In this document: positions 1 through 13,300 of the stretch, one piece after another
Layout of the letters: the number at the start of each line of letters is the position of its first letter
Numbering within the stretch: the stretch's first letter is position 1
Origin: Lytechinus pictus
Lineage: Eukaryota
DNA: 64,000 bases
Direction of reading: 5' to 3'
NCBI RefSeq assembly: GCF_037042905.1
Contig: NC_087251.1
Location: forward strand, 23,190,001-23,254,000
Position numbers and translations under genes: made by a program
Notes under the pieces: model-generated
The model's database searches: none
Told to the model about the DNA's origin: nothing
The model's input: only the letters and a program-made list of their open reading frames with translations

Positions 1-1288
1 TTCGCAGAAGACAATTCAGATGCTTTGTTTTTTTAGGATGAGTTTTGTGAGAAGCCCCTTTCACCTTTTCGCGGGATGAAGAACATGAAGTGGCTGGTCG
101 AGATTCTAACCCTGGGAGTCTTTGATGTAGGTGCTCATTAGCGAAGTACCGCACTGTGGTTGATGCCTATTACAAATCATGTGCAAGACAGATATTGGCA
201 CCCAAAATAGCCTCAACTACGTTTCACAGCTGCCACGTTCACTCTGAGTCGGTACGGGTTGTGCAAACCCTGCGATTGACACAGCAAACATGATCAGCCG
301 CTAATGATCCGCATTCCTGATCCGTTGGCACCCTTTCTCTCATTAAGTGAACATTTTTGTGTGTTTACACGTACCAATGCATGCTTCTTGGACTCGAGAC
401 AACGGCGCTGTTAGCATTCAAGAAGTGGACCTTAGTGTGTTGGCCCATGTTCTCCCGCCGTAGGCTTTGTGTGACGTGCATTAATAAAATGGTTCATCTG
501 TACTTTTTAATTCTGTTGCAAGATACGATACCTTTGAAGGTATCGGTTTGGTTACTATAGCATCAATTGATTCCAAACTTCAGAAACAGCTTTTTAACTG
601 TCTCCATTAAAAGGTCACATGATTTTAATTGTCATAGTGGTTTTAATTAAGTTTTTCTTGAGAATTCATCCCTGCAGAATGATCAATTACTATCTCACTA
701 GAATTGAAATGCATCTGCCAACAAGAATAGATCATTGCTTCAGACGTGTAGAATACTAATTTTAGAAAAGTACAAAGTTGAGTCCCTTGCTACATTGTGC
801 AATATTCGAACTTTTATCAACATTAATTACTTGAAGATTATTACCATGTGGTTACAAAACTTTCCACAATGACTAAATTTCTGTTTCTACTATCATCTAA
901 TCCGAAAGTTCCTAACATGATCATCAGTGATCCAGCATTATTATACAACAAATTACAATTACCTTGAGTCATCCGTTTGAACCTTTTACATGTTGATGCA
1001 CCTCATAATACTGCGTAAAATTGTCCGAATATTTCCTTCCCGTCTTTCCGTGTGGATTAACTCCATATCTCCTACCATCTAGGGGAAGTGGAATTGTTTG
1101 AAATCGTCGAAAGGCCTACTATGTCTCACATTGATAATCTATACACAGTAAGCGTGCCTGATACAATCATAATGTATGACTAGTAGCATGACCCAGTTTT
1201 TGTAAAGATTTTTTTGGACAATAGTCTGAAAATACATTTATTACCTAAAATAAACACCCGTTATGTTTGTTTGTTTTTTGTCTTACAG

Positions 1289-1363
1289 GCCGTATACATG
1301 TTTATTGCACTGGCCATTGTCTGTGATGACTTTTTTGTGTCTTCGCTGGAAAAAATATGTGAG
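1289..1363 (+). CDS. SLC24A: NCKX exon ([25 protein letters not shown])
   Basis: ttacag acceptor, gtaaga donor; typical NCKX TM1 motif. Confidence 0.92.
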
Positions 1364-4300
1364 GTAAGATTCAAATAAGCCAACAGCAATGTTAACAAGC
1401 AAGATTTAAACAAAGTCACAAAGGCCACATGCTGCTTTAGTGTAACTCATGCAAGTACCTTTCTTTCCAATATTTTTCAATAATTACACATTATGATGAC
1501 AAAAACGTAAATACAGTACATCATAACAATGCCATGTTGGTAAAGTGCAAATTCCACTTTTGTTTGGAGACGAACAAACCTTATATCTGAGCAGATTGGT
1601 TTCAAAGAGGAAACGGAAATTGTTTCGTTAAAATTCTGATCCATGATAATCCACGTCCCTTACGTAATTTTATCATTCAATTTAACGGTACACGTTCCAG
1701 AAATATGGAACTTTATTTTTGTCGAAGTCGATGGCTCTTCTTCCATTCTATTGATGTGCATAATCAAAACAAGATCAATAGTGTAAGAAAACGTTAGTTC
1801 TTTATTCCAAATAAGCAGCAAGAATTAATGAGATATGAGAAATACCCAGCAAAGTACTTCATTCCCCCTAAAAAAAATATGAATTTAAGGTCATGTGGTT
1901 TTCATCCCTTGAGCAGCTAAGGGTTAGGATTTGAATCTTATGGAAATATTGGATTACGTATGTATTTGTGATAGAGTTTATCTAGATCATACTTTTCTTT
2001 TCATGTAAATTTTAGAGTAAGAATTATAAGTAATCTTTATAACTTGCAATAGGACCCGTCTTTAAAAAGGTGCATATCTATTATCAGATCCCCCAAAAGA
2101 TACAATAACAATAGTTTAAAACATGGCGTACGATGACTTGGTATTTGGCGTTGTTTTTCTCAATGTATGTATGTATGTATATACTGTAAACGTACTTTGT
2201 CGTGACGGGATTGGCATTCATTGCGAGTTGGGTAACATTCTATCTCGTCTTTATCTTTTCATTGTAATCATCTCCCACACGATTTTCTTCCTCACATCAC
2301 ATTTTCCCATCATCTTTATTCAGAGACTCAACTTAACGGAGGACGTTGCCGGGGCAACCTTCATGGCTGCCGGAAGTTCTGCACCAGAACTCTTCACTTC
2401 AGTAATAGGTAGCCAACTAATGCTTCTTATCTCCATTCATACACACATGATCAAATTCAATTTGTTGCCTTGTTAAAGAGAAAGAGGGGGGGGGGGTAGA
2501 TAGAGTGGGATGTAGTAAATCATAGATTGAAATTGTGAAAGATTATGTTCATTCTGTGGTGCCATCACAAGTTACGTTGTTGGCTTCAATCGTGGTGAAG
2601 GCGTATTTGTGTTTTGCTTTACACAATTTTGATGGTGATGGTAAGTTCCTCGTGACAATATCCAAGGTATATCGTTCGCAACTGACATGTTCTATGCTAA
2701 AGTAATAGCACTGTTGCGTCCGATACCAATGATGACAAGTTATTACCTTTAAAACCTCAATGTATGCGAAGGAGGTTGTCATATTGTTTCTCTATATGAC
2801 CATCCCTAGTTGCGATTGACGATCATGTACCTGAATCATTTACCATGTTTACATCACAATTTGGTGTCCCTCAGGAGTCAGTGATTGAATCCAAATGCAA
2901 GTTGCATCACCATTTGCAGACATAGTAAAGCAGTATCCCCTCTTTAAGAAAAAGGTTTTTTTTTCATTAGTTTTCCCGCTTATTTTATGTTAATTTTACC
3001 TGTTTCCATGTTTCAAGGTGTACAAGTATTTTTTTCAAAGTTAATTGCTTTGATGCAAGAATTTGGTTAATATAATACTGGCTTGCAATTTTGTCTCGCC
3101 CATCAGAGGTGAAGGCGAGACTTAGGGATCCAATTGTCGTCCGTCCGTCGTCTGTCGTCCGTCCGTCACAAACCTTATGACACATAACTCCACAACCGTA
3201 AGTCGCTTTTCAACCAAACTTGGATGAGAGATGGACTTGGGAGACCTGCATGTTGTGCTAAAGTCGGAGGTCACATGGTAAGGTCAAAGGTCATTTTCAG
3301 GTCAACTTTAAAATTTACATGCAAGACTCTCTTATGACACCTAACTCCACAACCGTAAGTCACTTTTCAACCAAACTTGGATGGTAGATGTACTTAGGAG
3401 ACCTGCATGTTATGCTGCAATCGGAAGTCACATGGTAAGGTTAAAGGTCATTTTCAGGTCAACGTTAACGTTTCCGTGTAAGACTCTCTTATGACACATA
3501 ACTCTGCAACCGTAAATCACTTTTCAACCAAACTTGGATGGTAGATGTACTTAGGGGACCTGCATGCTATTGTGTTGGGAGGTCACATGGTATGGTCAAA
3601 GTTCATTTTGAGGTCAACATTAAAGTTTACGTGCAAGACTCTTATGACAAGTGTTATTCCATCCCAGTCATTTCACAATGAAGTTTCGATACAATTCTGT
3701 TTCTGGTTATTTTCATAAGTGGGCGAGACACAAAATCGCTTTTGCCTTGTTAACATTTGTATTACTTTCTCTATTTGAACAATTTTTAAATATTGTTTCA
3801 TGAAAAAAGCTAAGGAAGTGATATTTTGCTTTCCATATAACTTTATCAACCTTTCATCAATCAGTACAATTGAACTCTTGAGGAGCTTGTGAGATAGTTC
3901 TTCCAACTTCCGGAACAAAGGCAAAATAAAAATAAACATGAGAGAGATGTGGCATGATGAAGAAACTGAGTGTTTGCAATGATCTATCTGCGCAGGACTA
4001 CATTACTCCTACATTTCGTCAAGCCCAATGTCCAATTTGGCATTTTAGTCGTGTTGGGAGGGATGTAGTGAAAACATTAAGTGGATTACGATGAAGTGGC
4101 GCACGCGACATAAGAGGATGGCATCCTTAGAAATCCATCTCGTGGGAGAGCAAATTTCAGCTTGTTTAGACGGGAATGAGATAATAATGCTCATGGCAAA
4201 ATTGCTCTCGCGTTCTTGGATTGCTCCGTTAGTGGCCAGGCTCATTGTATATTGGTACCTGTCCTCGGGCTGTATTATGAATGTTATTTTGGCTAAGGGT

Positions 4301-7300
4301 TGCTCCGTCATGTTGTGGGTGTCAAAACACCTTAAAACCGACAAAAAGGATGAGCTTATTATGAATCAATGTTTCCGAAGTGTTTCTAAAATATTCAACA
4401 AATATACACTGCACAATTGATTACATAGGAATCTGAATAAGTCTGCGGAGGGTAAAACAAACTTTTGGTGCTCTAATCACCCCAAAAGTAATGGCAAGAC
4501 ATTAGTAGACCAAAAATGTTCCATTCTGTATTATGTGTTCGATAGGGGGAAAAGTAGATTGTCGTTTGCTCTGCAATATGACTCTGCAATAAGAACCCAA
4601 TGCCGTCTGTCTGAGATACCACATAATCGTGGGTAGAGGATGCGCATGCTTTATCCAAAATGTATTATGTACAGGGAAATAGGAAAATAAGAGTGACATT
4701 ATTGACGAATTTTTGCGTACCTTCCATTGACCATTCCTAAATGATAAACCCCAAATTAATGATGACAATGCTTATAATCTTTTCTGAGAATAACCAGATT
4801 AATGAATGTGTATCAAGAGTCAAACTCTATCCTCATGTTTAGATTATGATGTCTTAGATAGTGTACAGACATCATGGACGTTGAAGTTATTCATGTATTA
4901 GCTCCAATCAAATAAGTAACCACAAAACATTGGATCTTAAGCACTTTAATTATTGTCTTATTCCTCTATATAATGTTTTTTAAGAGAGAGGGAGATAGAG
5001 AGTGTGAAGTTAAAGAGAGAGGTAGAAACGAGGGACATGGGGGAGGGAGGGATAGAGAGAGACCATTAAGCATAAGTTATTTGATTGATGATACCAGTAA
5101 TGTTAATCTCATGAGGAGTCCCAGATGATATCGAGGCGAGTCTTCCGGGGTGTAAAGTGGCGAGAAGATTGAAGAGTTGCATCTTCATGAGGAAAGAATA
5201 CCGAGGGTACAGGATAATGCTTGATAATTAATTGCAAACAAGCCAAACATACCACCGCGTTCCATAGAATATGGGTCGATAATGAAACCACTTCTCTATT
5301 TTTGTTATCACTCAAACTCTACGAATATGGGAAATTTACCGTATCTTAAATTGGGTGTTTCTAGCAATAGTGTGTGTATCAGTGGACGAGGGTGTGCGCG
5401 TGTGTATTTCGGGATGTGAGTGTATTTTATGTTATCATTCAAAATATACAAATACGGGATGATTTGATTAAATTTAGCTTAAAATAGGTGTTTTAAGTGA
5501 TAGTGTGTGTGTGTCTGTAGAGGAGGGTGCATGTATGTGTGTTTTGGGGGTGTGAGTGTATTTTATGGCATCGTTTCCTAGAGGTTGAGGTACTGGAATG
5601 GATATGCGCGGATTATGTGTTAATTTCCTGCTTAAGCCAAATGAAAATATTGAACACATACGGATGTGCTAATATCTTTCATTTATTCCATTGATAACAT
5701 ACAATTTTTATTGTGTGTATGAACTTCTGGTCTCTCATTTCCATACAACTTGTGTTTAACATTTGACTGATTTGTGAAAATGAAGCAAAACAACTTCGAA
5801 ATTTTGGGATTCTCCGTTTATTCAAATTCATGTATTCTTAAATTTAATTTTGATTTGTTTGTCTAGGTGTCTTTATTGCCAAAGGAGACGTGGGCGTTGG
5901 AACTATCGTAGGATCGGCTGTTTTCAACATTCTTATTATCATTGGTATCTGTGGGCTGTTTGCTGGTCAGGTGATTAATTTTGCTTTTAATTTCTACCCA
6001 ATATCATGAACTCATTATTTTATGTACTCCATTATATATTTTTTTATGCTGGCACAGTAGCCTAATAGAGTTTGACGACGTCTGAGCTGGGCGTGTGGCG
6101 TCGTGATAATTCCTAGTAGCTAAACGTAAGCGCAATTACCATTCAACGTGGCGTCGCGTTTTCTTAGGTGGAAATGCCGCTAATGTTCGACATTGTAGGG
6201 ACCTTAATTTCTGTCTTCAAAATCACAGAAGATGAAGGTCCAGGATTGCATTTGCCGTTGGAAAGATGTATTTTATAATATTTGTTTCTTTTTTATGACA
6301 AGGCAAGGTAAATTGGAAGCGATGAAGAAATAGATATGTGAGAATAATCAATTCAATTAAAAAATGGGCTTTATTGATGATCAAACATGTTAATAACAAT
6401 CGCACATGAAAAACAAAAAAAAAAGCCGGAGCTGGAAAATTCATGTTAACAAGTTTGTGTTGTCACAATAAATTACATAGTAAAATGCATTGAAAAGTAT
6501 ATACATTTTAAAAGCTAATGCAATTTCAGATAAAGCATAAAAATTAATGAATGTAACATGATAATGGCTGACTTTGAAGTTGACAGAGAGGAGACTGGCA
6601 CTTTATTTTAATGACAAAAGTGACTCTATTGTGGTCGGAGGGGAGTGACCATTGTCCATTGCCTTTTCCCAGTCAACACATTTTTATCAATAGTGTGAAA
6701 AATAACTTATTCATATCTTATACCTTGCATCCGAATAGACATTTAGCCCTCATGGATGCTGTCAAGTTTAAAAGTTAATTTGCTCCATCTCTTACATTTA
6801 TTTGAGCTTGTAATCATTTTAAATTCGGTGGAATTTGTAATTGGATAAATTCTTACTTGTTTTATGTTAATAATGCTGATAATTAACATGAAATCCACAC
6901 TTTGAGAAAATGAATAGATTCGAATTGATTTATCTATAAATCATAGTTAGCTTATCAACAAAAATGTCCGCTCTGCATTTCAAATGAGTTCATGTCACAT
7001 TATAAAACCTAAGACTTATTCAATTAAATCAATTGAATGCAAACCAGATAAATGAGGTAGTAGGAAATTTTTATACGAATTAACATAGTCCCATTGCGGC
7101 AAAACCGAAAAACCGAGATTACTTTGCTTGAAAGTACCCCCCCCCCGGAAAATTATATAACTTAATTCGTAAGAAGGAAGGTAGGTGGGAAGGAAGACAT
7201 AAACGTAATTAAACTAAATCTATATCTATAATCAATTTATGTTCAGCGTTTCGAGGTAGTTGTTCGAAAATTTTGAAATCCCTTTTAAGGGTTACGTTCA

Positions 7301-10300
7301 TGCGTAATATAACGCGTAATCAATACCATTTCCTGTTTTGCCACCGCATTTAATTCGATCAATACAATATTATTCACGTAAACCCATTTTTGTTCACTGA
7401 GATTTTCCGAACCGAAAGTGTCTTATCAAAATCATAGTTTTATTCAGGATAATGATTTCACTGTCCACTAAATATGTGATTTTTTCCGTATGCTTAATTT
7501 AATTTCTAATCTCCTCTTCAGAAATAGTTGGCATTATAGAATATGTATTCACAAAACTTTTCTTATTTTCCATGTTTCTTAAAATCCTTTATTTAATAGG
7601 ATATAGTTCATTCCAATCAACTATAAAGTGATCATACTGTATACAACTAGATGTTGTTGGGAGATATTGGGGGATTATGTTGATCAACGTTTGTGGGAAT
7701 GAGAAAGAGTAATTCAATCAATGTTTGTGACTTAGCTCTTGTAAGGATGATAGACATTTTTCGGGAATTGTTATTTTCAACGAAATATTGATACGTGCAA
7801 ATATTTGGAAAATTTGACAAGAAGGTATTACACTATATCTAACAAAGAATCATACAGGAAACACATGTTGTGAGTGTATGGAGGCTATTTTGTGTATTGT
7901 TCAATGGATGTTGTAACCGATTAAGAAAAGGCTATACAGGCACCACCTGAAACTAATAAAACAGTAAAGCTCTTGTACCGTTATGATGTGGTTTCTTCCA
8001 AACCTTTGGCGCGGAAAGTACTTATTAGCTGCCTTCCTTGGCGCAAGCTTATGAAGATTTTATCCAAAGTGGCCCTAGGTTCACATAGTTGAGCATTCTT
8101 GACATGCTTGATTTTTTTTTCTCGCCAGGTTGTCCATTTGTCATGGTGGCCTCTCTTCAGAGACACATTGGTGTACTCATTGTCAGTAGTCACTCTTGTC
8201 TTGGTCATTAGGGATGGCTGGATCAGTTGGTAAGTTCTATGATTATTCAATATAGGCCCTTTCTAACTCTAAGAAGTAAACATTGTAAGTAAAATGATTT
8301 AAAATAGCCATATCCACGTCTACGTTCCCCCTCCCTTGTCTTTACTTTTTTTTAATTGGTCTAATGCCAATTCGTCCAATTGTCAACTCGTCTACTTTCA
8401 TTTAGTCTACCATCAGTTCTTCCACTATCCATATGGTCTAATTGCCATTTCGTCCACTTACCATTTCGTCTAATAACGAGTTGGTCCAATAACCATTTAG
8501 TCCATATACCATCCGGTCTAATTGGAAAAAAAGTGTTAATCAGGTGAAATGAATGGGGAAAAAATTGATATAAGACCAACTGACCATGAGACGAAATGGT
8601 CATAGGCGAACTGGTGATTGGACGAAGTGGTGATTGAACCAAATGGTTATTGGACCAAATGTTTATTGGACCAAATGGTTGTTAGACGAAAGTTTGATGG
8701 ACGGAATTGCATCAGACTAAATGAAGTTAGACCATGTGGTGAGTGGACGAGTTTGCAGTAGACGAATTGGCAATTTACCGTCTTGTACTACACACTTTGA
8801 TATACACCCTAGCAAAAAAATTGCACATCAGTCTCCCACTCTTGCTCCAAATTTGTTTCCAAGTTGTCGCCTATTTTACCAACTTGTCTCCAATCCCTCT
8901 TTTTGCTCTCACTCTCACTTCTCTTATATTGCATTTATTAATTGCACTTACACACACACATCTGCACACACACGCCGCTGCACCCACCGAAACCCACCTG
9001 TCTTATCTCTCTTTATCTTATCTTTTAATTCTGTCTCCCTACAATCATATAAATCAGTTCATCTTCCTCTCCCACACTCACGTCTTTTGGTCACACACTC
9101 CTCCCCCCACACACACCATTTTTTTATGCATATTTATTTAGTTCCATATTTTATACAACATGATTACACAACCATACTATTTATTTGATTATTATTTTCT
9201 TGGAATTTAATATTTGACTTCTCATCTTTTTTTAATCACATGAGGCTCTAAAATCATCATAACTGCCCTTTTTATGTCATTTTTATTTTCATTTCGTTTA
9301 TTTCCATTTTCAACAATTACATTTTGTTTTGTACGTTTATGATTGTATATACATATATGATTGTATATATATATGATTGTATATACATTATCATTATAGA
9401 GTTATATTGTTATATTCATGATGATCGATTGTATATACAGTGCCTGATAATTATATCTTTCTTTCTTCCATATTCATTTCTATCCAGGTATGAATCATTA
9501 ATCATGCTTATTATGTATCTTTGCTACGTAATCATTATGTGGTGAGTAAAAGCGGCTACATAATTTCTATCAATTTAGTAATGCAGCAATATTGATTGAT
9601 TGATTGAATTTATTCTTCTTCATTTCAAACAAATTTACAAAGTAAGTAGGAACAAATCAGAATATGAATAACAGAAATTAAAAAAGGGAACTCACTGGAA
9701 AGCATCGCGTGTTTATATGAGTCCCCTGAAATTAATAACTGATTAAAATTTATCAAATACAAATAGAAATTACCAATGTTCAATAGAATAATTGAAAAAT
9801 ACTAATATGAAACTGAGACAAGAACTATAATGGAGAAAAGAATCACGGAAAACTCATACGATGTCGAAAGAAAACCTTTTATTTTAATTCTATCATCCAA
9901 AACGTGGTGTGATTTGATGTGAAGATGTGAACATGTGAACTCGTGTCCATTTTGAATATCTTGGTAAAAAGAGCTGGTATGATTACTAATATGATTTCTT
10001 ACAGTTGACAGACTGTCCGTTACTATAATCAACTACAGATTCTTCCTGATTCCTTAAAACACAAAAATTCACGCATGTTAAACATATATATATATATACA
10101 TATATATTCTTTTGTTTTTACCTCCTAGGTGCAATCCTCGCCTGTTTAAACATGCTCAGAGGTTAAGCGAAAGGAGAAGAAAGAAGAGAGAAACGTGCAA
10201 TAATGGCAAATCAGCAATTCAACTCGAGCAAGGTATAATGCATAAAGCAATTAAAAGAAAATATGTTTTAGAATATGCTTTTACAATACCTTCTTTTTTA

Positions 10301-13300
10301 AATGCATACAAAGATTAAGTTTTTGTTAGTTCTATCTTGAAACTGAATAGAATCCTATATAGAGGAATCGGAATGCACCGTACAGCGCTTAACGCACAAA
10401 ATTTAGGTTTGTATAAAAAATAAAGGGTATCGCGCTGGTCAATCACGTCAAGAGGCGCATATTGTGACTTCATGGAGGGAAAAAGAAATAATTAGAGGAG
10501 AATTAAGGGGCACTTTACCCACCCCCGCTTGGGATATATCAGGAGTAATGGTGTTTGTTTTTGCAGCTCTGTAGACCCTGTCCAGATAGATATTTGATCG
10601 CGATGACGTCATAAGCAGATTGTTTGCTGTAGAATGAAGGCATGCAAAGTAGGGCAGTGGGGGAGAAGCGCTCATTCGAAGAAAAGGCATCAATTTCCTA
10701 GACGAATCCCTCAACATGCCTTTCATACAGTGGCAAAATAAAATTTATCCATTTCATTTTTCTTACTCTTGACCAATTAGATCATGGAGTTAAGTTTCAA
10801 TTATTATCTTATTCTTATGATATCGTTCTTCTGACTTTATTTTTCTTTTGTAACTGATATTCCTTATAACTGAAGGGGAAAAAGTAAGTTTATTATTTCA
10901 TAAATAATCAGATTTTTTTTAAATGTATGTTCATCACAAGTTGTACTCCGTCTATGATAAGTACCGACAATAGATGGCGTTAAACAAGAGATTTGTCGAG
11001 GTGTATTTGATGAAAGAGAGTGGGCTTGACGGCTAGTTAGGAAAATAAGAGGATGAAAGTGATCTATTCTACAAGAGAATATTATAGGCTTATTTCAAAT
11101 TCCTTGCAAAATATAATGAGGATTTCAGCAACGATTTTGTGGGTCCGTTTCAGACATATCATAAATTGTAGATACATCTATGTTGTGACTCATTTATAAC
11201 TGTTGGGCAATTCTATAAAATATGTACATTCGACCCCCTATATGTGGGACCTTCATGAAATTGTTTTTGCCTCTGATTTCTTGTTCTTTTGGGAGTCTGT
11301 AATGTTCTCAAAGGACCATGACTTGGTCAGTTTATGAAGTGAAGTAAGGCTTGAGAAAAATGAGGTACAACAAGGTTGATCAATTAATGGAATTGCCCTG
11401 TTGCATAATTATCTAAGAGAGTCATCTTATTCTAAAACTATAATACATATCCTAAAAAAAGTAATCATAATTTAGAGGACTAATATGAAAAAAAGGAATA
11501 TTACTCGATTTACCAGAATGCAAAAGAACAACCCCTCATCTTTTTATAGATATCTTATACCAATGACACCACACATGGACGAATGAATTCATTTGAAAGA
11601 CAAGAGGTGCAGATCTCGGATTCCCAAGTTTTGATGAAATGGAAATAGGTTTTTTAACCTGCCTTGCCGTCATTAACATAATGTGCATATAATGCTCTAC
11701 ATAGGGACCTTATATGATTTCTTAGTAATCACTTTTCTGAGGATATCATTAAGGGATACATCTACATCTGGACCTAAATTGCCAAAACTTAGTTGGGGAA
11801 AATGAAATTCGTACCTGATGACTTCAACAAAGATCAGTTGACCACAAGTGGTGTAAGAGAAGTAGGTTGGATATCGATTACAATATCTGATAAATTCTAA
11901 TTGTAATATCCAATAATCTATGAATATTTACCCCTCGAAAATCGGATTACCTTTTCTGATACCCCGGTATTACTATTTGTACCTTGTTTACCAGTTTATC
12001 GTAAAATTTTAAATAGATTCGATGTACATTTGGAATAAGCCATCGTTGGATTATACTGAATAATATCATCACTGTAGTTGTCATCATTACCACCACCACA
12101 ACCACCGTCATAATCATCGTCTCCACCACATCATCTTTATTATCATTATTATCATGTTGTATTTTGATATATATCCGAATTTCCTTTGTTTCACATCACA
12201 GTTACGCCGCTCAATGCCACAGAAGATATCACGACGAATGGAGAAAAGAAAGACGTTGAAGACGTTGATGAAGAATACAGTAATTCACCCAAAAGGTATA
12301 TTTTCCCCAACCTTATGTCAAAAGATAATGCAAATTAGGTTGTATGTGAGTGAGTTCATCGTATCTGCACCGTCATTATCATATGCAGACATATCCCGCG
12401 ATATTTCGAGGGTGGTACGTAGCATTACCTACGGCATGGACCTACTACTCTGACAGAGTAGTAGGTCCATGGGGTAGGTCAGAGTAGTAGGTCCATGCCT
12501 ACCCTAAGTCAGCCAGTAGGGATTAAAGAATAGGTTTCAGAGACAATTCTTCGTTTGACGTAGGTCATTTTGCAGAAATATCTACGTCTAAAATGCAAAC
12601 TCATAAAACGAGTCAAGCGTGTGTTTAGAACAGGGGACCATTTCATAAATGTTGTAAGCACCAACAATTAACCTTAATTATTCTCTGACAGTTCTTATAG
12701 TACGTAGTCCGAGGCCAGGGCTTGTTTCACAAAACTTGTTATAAAAACAAATTTGGAATAACAGTTCAGCTTCTGAAATCGTGCATTTGTTATTGTAAAA
12801 AAATGTTTATGAAATAGAGTCTCTCGCAACAATCAACCAATCTGGAGATAAGTCATCGGAGACAGTTGTCTGTGGACAAATCTTGATTATTTCATTAGTT
12901 AAAGACCAATGTACTTTTTAATTTAGAGCTGCATTTGATGTTGACCCTTTCTGCAACTTTGAGCTCAAAAGTAGTTCAATACTCTGTCGTTTAATTTACC
13001 ATTTAGAACCTTGTGTGTGGTTATGTGTGTGTGTGTATGTGTTTACCCGAAGGTTTATTAAGGCTTTCGATCGGTAAAGTAGACAGTATGCTATAGATCA
13101 AGATTATCTATGTTAGATTCATGTTAAATGTCACAAGAGGCATCGTTTATTGGAATGGAATAGATGTCGGTACAGGTGTCCTCACCTGGGTATTATGTAC
13201 AGTGTGTCGAGTTCATGTCTAGTTCTTTTTGTCCATTCAATCCCAAGAACTCTGTGTAAGAGAACGATTTATTTCACTGCTGAGATCAAATCATGGTTAT

